This document shows positions 21,117 to 32,869 of a stretch of DNA of 64,000 nucleotides, one piece after another. Origin of the DNA: an uncultured Verrucomicrobiae bacterium (lineage in GTDB: Bacteria > Verrucomicrobiota > Verrucomicrobiia > Chthoniobacterales > UBA10450); NCBI GenBank assembly GCA_963815455.1, contig CAWFGO010000005.1:128001-192000 (forward strand), given 5' to 3'. Within the stretch, counting starts at the first letter, position 1, and each line of letters opens with the position of its first letter. The translations under genes were made by a program, and so were the position numbers. The notes under the pieces are model-generated. The model was not told where the DNA came from. It saw only the letters and a program-made list of their open reading frames with translations, and did no database searches.

Positions 21117-22138
21117 TGGAGTTAAAGGCCGCGAACGGCGCGACCGCCTAACGGTCGATTCCCTGTCATCGCAGTTCAACCTTTATCGTCTGGGTGTTGC
21201 CCTTTTTCCAACCGCGGATTACCCGACACGGCGGGCAGGCAGCGGATATCCTGATAGACAATCTGGATTCGATCCGCGGAAATCCGCGCAATCCGCGGTT
21301 AACATCCATTCGTCCTTTCTTCGGGTTATTAGAATCCCGCGGACGAGCTTCGTTCCCTTCTGTAAAATTCTTCAATCCATCGGCGCAAATCAGCGTCATC
21401 CGCGGTTAGAGCATCCTCGCCTTTTTCTTCCGGATGGTTGCAAGGAGGGCGCTTTCCGCTCGCCCTGGCCTGCCTGGCCAAAAGACAATCAGCGCCCTGG
21501 AGAATGCGACAATCGCGGCCGGAGAAAGCGGATCCGCGAAGGTCGCAACCGAAGAACTTTCCGGCTGCGGGTCGATTTCCCAAAAGTCAGCCAGCGCCCG
21601 TTACGTCCAGTTGGAATCTTGTGCTGCGCCAGATAAAGCGCGCCGTTCTCAGTTACCGTTGGTTCCATCATAGCAATTTCCCCCTGTTTGTCCGATTTGA
21701 TTCTATTTCGTGTTTGAGACGGCCTCCGGCCGTAAACATTCAATGCTTCCCAGACCTCCTCCCTGGCCATTGAGCGTTGGGCGTTTGCTGCTGCCGCCAT
21801 AAAACCGCAGTCGCTCACCTCCCGGTCTGATCTCCGGTCCTTCGCCTCTCATGCTTCGTTCCCTTCGCCTGCTCGCGAAGACTTTCGGAGTTGCCTTCTG
21901 TAAAGAACAGATCGGTTCCTGTCGCTTTGCTTTTCCCCGTTTGCTCTTCGCTCTTCGCCCTCCGCGCTTCGCCCCGTTTGAGGCTTCGTTGATTGGAGCT
22001 TCGAGCTTCCCTGGTGCTTGGGGGTTGGAACTTGGAGCTTCCCGTTCCGTTGTAGCCGGGGTCGCCGACCCCGGAAGTCAGCAGTCCGTTGTCCGTGGTC
22101 AGTTGTCAGGACCAGGCTACGCCGCTACGGTCTTTCTT

Positions 22139-22621
22139 ATGCGTAAACAGTATTCCGCTCCGCCGCCGATGACGATCGATGTGAACAAGAAATATTCCGC
22201 CACATTCAACACGTCCCGCGGCGAAATCGTTTGCGAGCTGTTCGCCAAGGAGGCTCCCAAGACCGTGAACAATTTCGTCTTCCTCGCCCGCGACAAGTTC
22301 TACGATGGGCTCGTCTTTCATCGCGTCATTCCCAATTTCATGGTCCAGGGCGGCGACCCGACCGGCACCGGCCGCGGAGGTCCGGGCTACAAATTCGAAG
22401 ACGAAGTGAAGTCGAACTCGCACAAACACCAGGTCGGCAGTTTATCGATGGCCAACGCCGGACCGAACACCAACGGCAGCCAGTTCTTCATCACCCACGT
22501 CGCCACCAACTGGCTCGACGGCAAACACACCGTGTTCGGTAAGGTGCTCTCCGGTCAGGACGTGGTGAATGCCATCAAAGGAGGCGACGAACTGACATCG
22601 GTAATGATCACCGAGTCGTAG
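22139..22621 (+). CDS. Cyclophilin-type peptidyl-prolyl cis-trans isomerase
   Basis: [44 protein letters not shown]. Confidence 0.97.
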   Translation: MRKQYSAPPPMTIDVNKKYSATFNTSRGEIVCELFAKEAPKTVNNFVFLARDKFYDGLVFHRVIPNFMVQGGDPTGTGRGGPGYKFEDEVKSNSHKHQVGSLSMANAGPNTNGSQFFITHVATNWLDGKHTVFGKVLSGQDVVNAIKGGDELTSVMITES

Positions 22622-22963
22622 TTTGGTTCGACCTGTAGCCGCCTCGCTATGTCGAGGCGTCCCGCGCAACACGTCACTTCCATGCCTTGCACCGAGCCAT
22701 AGTTTGGTATTGCTGCTGGTAGCGCGGGTGTCGACCGTGGTGCTGGAGGGATGAGCTTCCGCTCGTCCAGCTCTCTGTCGCGGTCAAGATTTGATGACTA
22801 CCCCAATTCCAATTTTCGATCTGACCCCCGATCATCCACGGATTTTGAACCGCAGATAACGCGGATTAAACGGATGCCCGGACGTAAGAGAGCGGGAGGC
22901 GAACGAATCAAAGCGTTCGCGGGCGTCCTACGGCAGCCTTTTCAACTCTTCAACATCTCAACG

Positions 22964-23053
22964 GTCCCGTGGTCCGTTGTCAGTCGTCCGTTGTCCGTTG
23001 TCCGTTGTCCGTTGTCAAGCCGTCCCTCGTCCGTAGTCCGTGGTCAGTAGTCA
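22964..23053. repeat. Degenerate heptamer tandem run (GTCCGTT/GTCAGTN)
   Basis: gtccgttgtcagtcgtccgttgtccgttgtccgttgtccgttgtc; similar runs near 22077-22107 and 23437-23500. Confidence 0.8.
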
Positions 23054-23269
23054 GAATCCGCTCCGAATGCCCCGGCTTGAATCGCGCGGACCGACGTCGT
23101 TGCTCAATTTTGCCCAACAAGCTCGGACCGCGTGTCGCTCGTGGTCCCACGGCAATGCTGAGCCGATACGATGTCGTTGAAACCCAAGCGCGACGTCATC
23201 CGTAATGTTGGTTAGATGAATCAGTGGTTTCCTGGCTGCCTGCGGTTTTTTTGAAATGGCTTTTTTCAT
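23051..23269 (-). CDS. Possible small basic hypothetical protein
   Basis: GGAGG upstream of ATG (MKKAISKKPQ); no recognisable motif. Confidence 0.3.
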   Translation of the reverse strand: MKKAISKKPQAARKPLIHLTNITDDVALGFQRHRIGSALPWDHERHAVRACWAKLSNDVGPRDSSRGIRSGF

Positions 23270-23648
23270 GTTGATCGGCCTCCGGTTTGTTTTTCTCTTT
23301 CCCAAACCAGTTTCGGCGCTGTGATCTGTCGATACTCAGCCCAAATTGTGAACAACTAACCATTTCTTGTCCTTCCTGCCCTTCTGGAAACCTTGTAGCC
23401 GCGGGTCGAAGACTCGCCGTGGAGAGCGCCGACCGCGGTCAGTAGTCAGCCTGCCATCGGACGGCCCCGAACGCATTCGGGGTAGTCTGGTAGTCCGTGG
23501 TCGTGTGGTCTGCGCCCCCCCTTCGCCCACTGCCTGCCTGCCGAGCCGTCTTGTCGCGCCGTAGCTTTCCTGGCACGCCGAAGCCTTGGCGAAGGAGGCA
23601 GCGAAGGAGGAAATCTGGTGAAGGCTGGCCGCGCCGTCTTGCCTGCCA

Positions 23649-23716
23649 AGCCGCGTGGCGCAGCTTTACGCGGCGAAGGCGGGTCGGTCAATCCAATGCA
23701 ACCCTAATCTGACCCC
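23649..23716 (-). repeat. Structured repeat (GGGGTCAG..TTGCATTGGAT..GCCGCGTAAAGCT..CGCCACGCGGCT), inverted copy
   Basis: Reverse complement shares the motif order of copies at 30978/32272-32399 and 35315-35459. Confidence 0.7.
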
Positions 23717-23736
23717 AACGCTTGGATTTCTCAAGT

Positions 23737-25813
23737 GTGGAAAGTGAAGATCAGACCCCGATTCTCCCTTTTTTGATTTTGTGCACCTTACCTCCTTGCG
23801 TGCGCGGCCTACTTGTGCACAATCCAGTATGTGGAATCCCTGAAGCGAATCGGCATAATTTCTTCAATCTGGGCGATTTTGGCTGCGATTTGGAAATTTG
23901 TTGGCCATATTAGCAATGCGCAAACTGTGTGGGATATCTGCAAAGGCTGGCCAACGATTCTTCGGTATCCGCTTCAATATTAACAGCGCCCGCGCTACCG
24001 CTCGTTATCTCGGCGCTTTGTTTGATCGGGTGGATTGTTATTCCACGCATTTCAGCAAGCCTCCATTCAGAAAACGGCCCGACAAGCCTGAGTTGGCAGG
24101 CAATTGGCGCCGCACTTAGGCGATCTAAGATGGGCCTCTGGATTAGCATAGTCGCTATCCTGATCGGTGTTGCGACTGGAGTGTGGCACATGCTCAACAA
24201 GTCGACTGGTCCCCCCTTCCGAAGATGCAAAGAGGAAGCTTGTTGCTATTTTTCCGATTCAGAACCTCAGCAGCCAAAAGGAAGATGCTTACGTGGCTGA
24301 TGCCCTAACCGAGATGATAGCCGAAAGATTGGCCAAGCTTCATGATTTGGCTGTAGCGCGACGATTTGCATCAACAACTGTGAATAGTGGGCAACCGCCG
24401 GATGTAACCATCGAAGGCACTGTGCAAAAGTCCGGCGACGATATCTCAGTCAGCGTTGAGGTTGCCTGCAAGGGAGAAGACGCACGGCGATATTCATGGG
24501 ATCGCACCTTTAACAATCTTTTTGGGATTGAAGGCGATATTGCCAAACAAATTGCGAACCACCTAAGGGCAGAAATGACGGCAGATGAAAAGGATGCCAT
24601 TGGCGATATTGGCACTGTCAATGCGGATGCGTACAGCGCATATTTGCGTGGTCTGCTTTTGCCCATCCCGCGGGTAATAGGTCATCGAACGAGACAGCGG
24701 CGATCGCGGCATTCCGAGAGGCCACCACGAAGGATCCTTTCTTTGCTTTGGCGTGGGCAGAGTTAGCATTCTGTTGCGTCAGCATGAGTGAGACCGACGA
24801 CGATAAAAATCGTGCTGACGCGATCGCAGCCAGTGAAAAGGCCATGCAGTTTCGCCCACAAACTGGCGAGGCACTATGGGCAGAAGCTTATGTGCAAGAT
24901 CGATTGTTGCGTAACTATGAGAAGGCCAACTTTGCGTATCACCAGGCCAAAGACCGTCTTCCGGGAGAGCCAGAAATTAGAATGCACCTCGCATATCTGG
25001 CTCGACGCGCGGGAAAATGGGAAGATTCTCTCAATTACTTTCAAGAGGCGATGGCGTGCGACCCGTGGAATAGCGGTGCGTTCAAACAATGGGGCGAGAC
25101 AAATCAAGCTATGCACCGCTTTGATGTTGCCCTAGAAGCCTACGAGCGCCTCCTGAAGGCGGCCGAATATATCGATATTCTCGCGTTGGAAATTTCTATC
25201 TATCAGGCACAAGGGGATTTCGCAAAGTCGGGGGATTTGCTGCGGCGGTTGGAACTCAACCCGAGCAAACCCATAACCGTTGAAAGTCATTTTCAGCAGC
25301 TGTGGCTGAGAAGGCAATTCGCCGAAGCCAAGAAGCTGATTGAGCAAGCTATGGCCGGTAGTAGCCTGGGGAGTTTTCAGTCCACAAAGTATCGAATTCA
25401 GCACGGCAGGCTCGAAGATGCTCTCGATGGTTTCCCTAGGTACGAACGAGAGGCTCGTGATGAATTGAAAATCTTGCGTCAGAAATCGCCGAAGGACGCC
25501 GAATATGCACTGTTCTTGTCACAAGCATATCTCGGTCTACGAAGATCGGACCAAGCGCAGGCCGAGGCCACAGAAGCTGTTCATCTAGCAGGTCGCAGCC
25601 CCAGCGCATTCTCTGGTCCTTCGTATGAATTAAATCTCACCTTCGTTGAGGCACAAACGGGTTTGACCGAACGCGCCGTGTCAAAGCTCGAGCGGCTCGT
25701 TAGCGTCTATGGCAATTTTTCTCCTCCGCTAACGCGCTCTCATGCGAAATGATCCTCGGTGGGACTCGCTTCGTGACAATAAGAGATTCCAAACTTTAGT
25801 GAAAGGTAAATGA
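23737..25813 (+). CDS. Membrane-anchored TolB-like/TPR protein (several frameshifts; start uncertain)
   Basis: VAIFPIQNLS...YVADALTEMI, IEGTVQKSG, T.NADAYSAYLRG, TPRs, and DPRWDSLR..KRFQ C-terminus, spread across frames. Confidence 0.7.
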
Positions 25814-25859
25814 TCCGTAACCTTCGGGCCCCCCATTCCGCAAACGCAGCAATTTGCTC

Positions 25860-26297
25860 AGGTGTGAGCGTAATTGAGCGATTTTGCGATCGCTCACAAA
25901 ACAGCCGCCGCCGTTCCCGCAATCGCCTTTTGGCGAAGGAACGACTGCGGTGAAATGCAGCGGTTCCGTTGAGGGCGGTCCACGACAACAACTGCGGCTT
26001 TTGGTTAGCCGCGAAATAAGTTGGAAGTTTTCCGGCCGGCGAAAGGTCCGGCCGTTTTTCGTAGACGCGGCCTTTGAACCAGTGGTCGGTTTCAAATTTT
26101 TCGTTCTCGGTATCCCATTTGATCATCAACACCTGCTTGGAAGGACCTCGCCGCAAAACCACTCCGACCGGGCCATCCCGGGCGAGCAGCCCCCAGAGCC
26201 GCGTAGCAGGTTGTTCTTCGAAACCATGCGGAACTCGTTCAATAGTTCGAACGAACCGCCAAAAATTCACGGGCGATTCGCTGTGCGCGTCCTGCAT
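25860..26297 (-). pseudogene. Truncated or degraded conserved hypothetical protein
   Basis: LLARDGPVGVVLRRGPSKQV..WD....F....WFKGRVYE...DLSP N-terminal motif; frame breaks and ends abruptly. Confidence 0.55.
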
Positions 26298-26549
26298 GGG
26301 ATGTCAAAGGGTTAGATGCGACCCCGCTCTGCCGCTCGGGAAAAAGTTCGATTCCGCGGCGTGTTGATAGGATTTCATGCGCGGGTCAACTGGATAGCTT
26401 GTCGAATCCGTCCGAGATTTAGCGACGAAAGCCAAGATCAGAAGATAATGTCGATCCAACGAGTCAAATATTCGTATCTCAGTAATGAGCGGCGATAGGC
26501 GAAAGACTCTTGGGCGAGACTTGCTTCGCGAACTGATTTGGCGATTTTG

Positions 26550-27304
26550 TCAACTCGTCAAGGTCCTCCAAGGTCCGGTCGCCAGAGGACTCGGCGCACA
26601 GGAATTCAGCGGCTCGCAGTTGTTTATAGGATCCGTTCTTCTGCAGTTCAGGCAGACGAGCGATGGCCTGCCTAGACGCGAAACGCAGCTGCGGAAGCCG
26701 CCACAAGTGACGTGGCGGGTGACCTCGGTTAGGCGGTTAACAAAGCTAACATCGGCCGCAGTTCGTCTGGATTTTCGGTATGCATTTTTTAAAATGCACG
26801 CCTGAATGATCAGCTCTGGAGCTTTGTCGTCTAACCAGTTTCTTCGCTGTGCTTTGGCCAAGAGCCCAGACCACGAAAATACAAAAAGCCGTCATTCGCA
26901 AACCGGCGAATCAGTCCATTGCGAATGGTACTGACTAGCATATCAGCTACAACAGCTACGCCACGACGACCTCGTGGCGCGAGTTCAATCAATTCTAAGA
27001 GATCCAAATTTGATGCGATCTCGGAATCGTAATCGCGGGCCGGCCGCCACATCGCCTTCAATCTTAAGAAATCGCGAGGGCTACCAGCCAGCAGTTCACC
27101 TTCGTCAATGATGTGCTTAAAAAACAAACTGCCGCGTGTCGCAAGAAAAAGCGCCGCCGCGGACGTAAACTCGGCAATGTTTTTGTTGGGCTGTGTCGAC
27201 GGACGTATCCCTCTAGCAAATTCTCCAATTAAGAGGAGATCTCGATCAGAACTCGCATCATAATCGCAACGCGTCCTACTACCGAATCCAATAGCCAGAT
27301 TCAT
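26550..27304 (-). CDS. halB: Pol-beta-superfamily nucleotidyltransferase, Hailong HalB-like (frameshift near 26865)
   Basis: FGSRTRCD...SDRD catalytic motif, GSLFFKHIIDEG, C-terminal LKNAYR; ATG overlaps the upstream channel stop (ATGA, 27301-27304). Confidence 0.7.
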
Positions 27305-28194
27305 CGAATAACCTTTCGGACGATTGAATTTATTGCCGCTGAAAAAATGCTAATCCCCGCGACTACGTTCACAATTACCATGATGTAGCCCAAATCCGTG
27401 TCCGGCGCGTAGCCGGCCGCTCCCAGTGTGCACATCGTCGTGATAGTAAAATATAACGTCTTGACCGGCGAAAACTCAACGGGTCCTCTGAAGAACAATG
27501 GCGCCAGCGAGTGATTAACTGCGAAGATGGTAATTATCGCAGCGGCTGTTGTGGCGAGGAAATTTCTTAAGCGGTAGCCATAGCCGAATAGGGTTCCAAA
27601 AAGCCACGGATGACAAAACTCGGCACATAGCAATACCAAGCCTCTTTCTTTCTTCGCGCTTGCAACACGTCATTTCGACGACTCCAAACAGCGAAATAAT
27701 ATTCCGCCTCGTTTTTGAACTCCTTCTGAGATTCTTGATAGGACCTCTCGTAGTTGCTGATAGAGGTGAACGGCAACGTTGGCGTATGACTTGTTGGTAA
27801 CGGCGCGCCGGAATGATGCGGTTTCGCGTAGACATCTCTAAAGCGGGATCGAAAGAAGTTGCAGCACTCGAACGTGCAATCGTGAAATCTTACCGAGTGG
27901 AAAAATGTTCCAACAAAAAGGCAATCGGTGAACGTACACTCAAGAAAGCTCAGTCGCGTCATGCGAGCTTCGAAAACCGGACATTTCGGAAGATGGTGCC
28001 TCGGAAGGTCTGGTCGTGGAGCGTCCTGGCGTCGTAAGAAATATTCGAAACGGTCTTACTCGCCTGGATCGAAGCAAGCAATTGTTGCTGCGTTGCAATC
28101 GGGGCGACAACTCCGTTCAATTTGAAGAAATCGACGAGCATGTTGAAAGGCTGAAGGTGGCAGTCGGATTTGTAAAACTAGTTCGCACCAGCAT
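27301..28194 (-). CDS. halA: Pentapeptide-repeat plus two-TM ion-channel protein, Hailong HalA-like (several frameshifts)
   Basis: FRGTIFRNVRF/FLECTFTDCLF/FHDCTFECCNF repeats; FGYGYR; pore helix LYFTITTMCTLG; pieces 27959..28141, 27567..27962, 27301..27639. Confidence 0.7.
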
Positions 28195-28320
28195 ATCCCC
28201 TTAGCAGGTTCTGCGACTGCGTAATTTTGCTCTTGCCTAATAGGCGCTCCTCGGCCATTGTTCCCAAAATGGGAACAATTAGTACCGGCTGCCATCGACA
28301 AACTATGGAGGATTTCCGAA

Positions 28321-28605
28321 ATGCGAATCGTCGGTCGAGAAGTGCTTTATGACTTTATCCTGCAACACGCAGACGCCAAGACAGCCGCGAATGCCTGGCT
28401 GGCGGAAGCCGAAGATGCCGAATGGAAAAGCCCCATGGACATAAAAGTGCGCTATCCACACGCGAGTATTCTGTCTGACCGGCGAGTTATATTCAATTTG
28501 AAGGGAAACAAGTATCGTATGGAGGTCAAAATAAGCTATCAAAATCAGATTTTGCTAATCAAACGCGCGGGAACTCACGCCGAATATTCGCGGTGGGACG
28601 ATTAA
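28321..28605 (+). CDS. higB: Type II toxin HigB (RelE superfamily)
   Basis: MRIVG..L..F...H, W..P.DIK..YP.AS, VIFNLKGNKYR, GTHAEY. Confidence 0.92.
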   Translation: MRIVGREVLYDFILQHADAKTAANAWLAEAEDAEWKSPMDIKVRYPHASILSDRRVIFNLKGNKYRMEVKISYQNQILLIKRAGTHAEYSRWDD

Positions 28606-29796
28606 ATGGACAACCTTAAGACAATCAAAACCAAGGCAGATTACGCGGCCATTCTCGAAGAGATCGAGAGACTGGTTGATACTGATCCGGCGCTGCACAC
28701 GCCGGAAGCAGATCGCCTAAGTCTGCTGGGCCTTGTCGCCAGCGATTACGAAGCGAAGGCCTTTCCGACAGAAGTTCCAGATGCTGTTGAAGCGATAAGA
28801 TTTCGAATGGAACAGCAAGATCTCACGCCGCGGGACCTCATACCATACATCGGGAGCCGTAGTAAGGTTTCCGAGAAATAAAGCCGGAAACGTCCGCTCA
28901 CACTAGCAATGGTACGAGTACCCCATGACCGACTGCATATTCCGGCAAAAGCTCTGATCCAACAACGTGAGTTGATCGAATCTGACACGTTAGAACTGGA
29001 CTGGACGCGATTTCCGCTACGCGACATGCATGCCTATGGATGGATTGGGAAATCTTTGGCAAGTTTACGCCAGTTCGTGGCTCAGCTGCCGCCGTCATCT
29101 GAAGCGGAGGTTTTTTGTCGCAAGACAATGCACATCAGGTCGGCCAGGAAGATGGACATTTATGCGCTTAAGGCTTGGACAGCGCGGGTGATCATTGAGG
29201 CGGACAAGATTGAAGCGCCACCGTTTCAGGCGGAATGTCTGACTTCTCAATTCATGACCGAAGTAGCAAAACTAAGTGTGCGCGCCGATGGCCCAAAGGC
29301 AGCTCAGGAATTTCTTATTGCTCACGGCATTCGAGTAGTCGTTGAACGACATTTGCCACACACATACTTAGACGGTGCCGCAATACTGGTTATCAACGAG
29401 CGGCCGATTATTGGTTTAACTATTCGTCATGATCGTTTGGATAACTTTTGGTTTACCCTTTTTCATGAGTTGGCCCACATTGCACTACACCTAGGATCGG
29501 AGGAAACGCAGTTTATTGACGATCTTGACGTAGACGCGCAGGGTGATTCCAAGGAAAATGAAGCGGACCATTTAGCGGGCGAAACGCTGATCCCAACAAG
29601 CGTTTGGGCAAAAAGCCCTGCAAGTAAGTTTCGCTCACCTTCAGCCGCACTGCACTTAGCGAAAGAACTTGGAATTCATCCTGCAATCGTGGCAGGCCGG
29701 ATGCGGCACCATTGGAAGGAATACCGCTTGCTCAATCAAGTTGTTGGACGCGGTACCGTTCGCCAACATTTTCCTAACGTAAAATGGCCAACATGA
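28606..29796 (+). CDS. higA: HigA antitoxin HTH fused to an ImmA/IrrE (DUF955) zinc metallopeptidase (frameshift near 28878)
   Basis: AIRFRMEQ..L...DL.PYIGSRSKVSE; RHDRLDNFWFTLFHELAH; E.EAD; HPAIVAGR. Confidence 0.88.
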
Positions 29797-29797
29797 T

Positions 29798-30865
29798 ATG
29801 ACGATTACAGAAAGCACGTACGTCCCGGTTATCCGGTGGAAGGGGGCCGAGAAAATGGCCCTTAGGCAGTTGCATCCGGAAATCAAACAGTCGGTGATGC
29901 CGATTATCGAATTTGTCCCCAAGGACTTCTGGGGTTCATCCGAACACGCTGCCATCAACACCGTTGGCCGGGAAATTGCGGAGAATTGGGGCTGGAAAAA
30001 TCCAGTGATCCTGGATCCGCATCTATTGGGTGACAGAGTGGCGGCTCAGAACATCCGAATTGTTATCAACGCGCTAAAGGAGCGAAACGTTAAATCTGCG
30101 CTGGTGACAGACGTCACACGTAGCGCCGATTACCAAGAATCCGTAGCGCTGGCACTTTCGACGACGAAAGGCTTAGAGTTGTGTCTGCGAATCACTTCTA
30201 TCCACCTTCGTGCTGCAGGCATTAATAAGGCGATTCAGGATTTGCTGGATCAACTCGAGAGACAGTCAAACGAAGTTCATTTAATTCTTGATTTTCAGCA
30301 TATTAGCAATGACGGAATCAATTATCGTCCAACGCTGATCTCGCTGCCATTCTTAAATGAATGGCGCAGTTTAACAACCCTTGGGGGTAGTTTTCCGATC
30401 GACCTAAGCGAGTTAGATCCGCACGAAGAGCACATCCTACAAAGGGGCGAATGGGAATCGTGGTGTTTGCTACGGCAACAGAGCGATCTTAGGCCGGCTT
30501 TCGGTGATTACACTGTCCAACATCCATTTTTTAAGGATCGTGAGGGGGAGGGATTCAACTTCAGTCCAAGCATCCGGTACACTTGTTATGACGGGTACCA
30601 CGTCTTGCGTGGAGAAGGTAGAAAGAAGAAGGGCAAGGGTCCCGGGTGTGAGCAATGGCTGGGAGAAGCAGCACTAATTCGTGACCAGACTCAATTCTCA
30701 GGTGTGGGCTATTCGTGGGGAGACGATTTTATTGATCAAAAGAGCCGGGAAAATCGTAATCCCGGCTCGATTAAGGATTGGTTAGCGGTTGGAATCAACC
30801 ACCACATTACTCTCGTCGCGAATCAGATAGTCGAGGCAAATACTCTGATTAAAGCACGCCGCTAA
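29798..30865 (+). CDS. Beta-family protein (T4 beta-like)
   Basis: YVPVIRWKGAE..AL, GGSFP, FGDY, IRYT and INHHI motifs. Confidence 0.82.
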   Translation: MTITESTYVPVIRWKGAEKMALRQLHPEIKQSVMPIIEFVPKDFWGSSEHAAINTVGREIAENWGWKNPVILDPHLLGDRVAAQNIRIVINALKERNVKSALVTDVTRSADYQESVALALSTTKGLELCLRITSIHLRAAGINKAIQDLLDQLERQSNEVHLILDFQHISNDGINYRPTLISLPFLNEWRSLTTLGGSFPIDLSELDPHEEHILQRGEWESWCLLRQQSDLRPAFGDYTVQHPFFKDREGEGFNFSPSIRYTCYDGYHVLRGEGRKKKGKGPGCEQWLGEAALIRDQTQFSGVGYSWGDDFIDQKSRENRNPGSIKDWLAVGINHHITLVANQIVEANTLIKARR

Positions 30866-31021
30866 TGTTGTGAACTGCCATCCTGTGCGCGAAAACTTCA
30901 CGGCAGTAGAAGAAAACAGGGGCAGTCATCACGTCTTGACCGCGTAAAACTTCGCTACGCGGCCTAACGGCAGGCAAGGCAGAAAGGGGTCGGTCTGGGC
31001 TTGCCCTGATTTCTCGGACAG

Positions 31022-31866
31022 TTAGGTAAGGGTAATTTGGTTTAGTTTGGATTCAAAGTTGATAGGGCTTTGGTAGTCAAGACTGGAGTGCAGCCGGACG
31101 CGGTTATAGAAGGTTTCGATGTAGTCGAAGATTGCAGTGCGAGCTTGAGCGAGCTGCTGAAGCGGTGGTGATAGACCAGTTCGTATTTGAGAGTGCTCCA
31201 GAAGGACTCGATGTGGGCGTTGTCGTAGCAGTTGCCTTTGCGACTCATCGAAGCGGTTAGGCGGTGCTGAGCGAGCACTTGGCGATAAGCAGCGCTGGCG
31301 AACTGGCGACCGCGATCGGAGTGGAGGATGAGTTGTGTAGTTGGCTGACGCTGGTTCAAAGCCATGCGCAGAGCGGTGATGACCAACTGAGCATCGAGGA
31401 TTTGATGCATGGCCCAGCCGATCACGCGCCGGGTAAAGACATCCAGCACGGCGACAAGATACAACCATCCTTGGCCGGTGAGAACGCAGGTCGCGTCGGT
31501 CGTCCAAACTTGGTTGGGCCGTTTGACGATGAGGTGTTTAAACCGGTTAGGCGCAATGGGTCCGCCATGGCGACTGTCGGTTGTGGCCACTCGATACTTG
31601 GAACGCTGACGTGCGAAGAGATGCTCTGCGCGCATGAGACGGGCGATGCGGTTGCGTCGTCCCGGGCATCCCAGCACTCGAGCCAGCCGTGGACTGCCGT
31701 ACGTCTGACGACTGCGGGTAAACTCTTCTCGAATGCGTTGGCGCAGCCCCATCATCTCCACCTGGCGCGGTCCAGGTCGGCGCCGTCGCTCCTTCCAGTC
31801 GTAATAGCCACTACGCGAGACCAGCAGGGCCTCACATAACCAGGCGACTTTGTGTTGGCCGCTCAT
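31022..31866 (-). CDS. IS3 transposase OrfB (DDE; frameshift near the C-terminus)
   Basis: [41 protein letters not shown]. Confidence 0.93.
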
Positions 31867-32209
31867 CTGCTCGATTCGGGCATACCTCTGGGCGGCACTT
31901 CGGAGAGGATGCCCAGAGATTTTTTTAAGACTTCACGCTGCTCTAAAAGCTTGGCGTTCTCCGCGCGCAAGGCCGGATCTCCGCTTTGAGCGCTTCCACG
32001 CTGCGCTTCGACTTCGACTCGCTTTTCGAAACGCTCGATGTGCGTTCCAAATGCGCCCAGCGATAGAGCAACGGAGGACGAATGCCCAGCTCCGCTGCTA
32101 CCTTCGTTGCACTGCGGCCGCTGGACCGCCATAGCTCCAGCGCCTCCTGCTTGTACTCTTCGGTGTAGCTCGCCCTCTCGCGAGCCGTCTTCCTTAACTG
32201 CGTCTTCAT
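31863..32209 (-). CDS. IS3 transposase OrfA (HTH; internal frameshift)
   Basis: YTEEYKQEA...VAAELGI....LYRW; LRAEN..L..QREVLKK; ATGA overlap with OrfB. Confidence 0.88.
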
Positions 32210-32271
32210 GTGGGTTCCTCGGGTTTTTTGACCCTTAGCCCACTGTCCGTCAAATCAATGCAACTCCAGTC

Positions 32272-32399
32272 CTTTTCTCTTGCATTTGATGTGGTTAGGG
32301 GCGGGAGTCGACGGCCGCGTAAAGCTTCAGCTCGACACGCGGCTGGAGGGAGCGTAAGGCCCCGGTGGGGCCACGCGTAAAGAGGTGACGAGTGACGCG
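32272..32399 (+). repeat. Structured repeat copy interrupted by IS3 (5' part at 30978-30995)
   Basis: 32309-32399 matches 35369-35459 with one mismatch. Confidence 0.9.
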
Positions 32400-32869
32400 G
32401 AGCGTTTCTCTCCATTCATCTATTCGTGTAATCCGTGGTTCAGAAAACTGTGGTGGGGAGTCTTTACCCACTAAACATCCGGCTTCGCAAGGCTTCCGAT
32501 CTTCGCCATCCGCCTTCGCTGCGCTACGGCGCGACAAGAGGCTACGACGTGACCTGCCTTCGTTAGACTTCCGATCTTCGCAAGGCTACGACGTGACGAG
32601 TCGGCACGGCAAGCAAGACGGCGTGACCCGTCTTCACATTGTTACGACGTGGCAAGCAAGTCGGCGCGGCAGGCAAGTCGGCGCGGCAAGCAGGTGAGGA
32701 CGTAAAGGTTTTGCCCACGTCCCGAGGAGAGGCAGACAGCCGCGTAAAGCTGACAGAAACGCCTCAACAAAAGTGTGCGATGGTTACGCGCATGCGCACA
32801 TCGCCGCGCGGCGATTCACCGATTGCTTGTTCGGTGTATCTCACCGCACGGCGAGAAATTGGTCGTGTT

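Larger units (their letters stand above)
30996..32268 (-). mobile_element. IS3-family insertion sequence with imperfect terminal IRs and a 3-bp GTC target duplication
   Basis: Left end TGGGCTTGCCCTGATTTCTCGGACAGT; right end (rc) TGGAGTTGCATTGATTTGACGGACAGT; GTC at 30993-30995 and 32269-32271. Confidence 0.95.

Noticed and set aside
21166..22138. Short ORFs and the long N-terminal extension of the cyclophilin ORF
   Set aside because: They translate intergenic repeat sequence and show no protein motifs.
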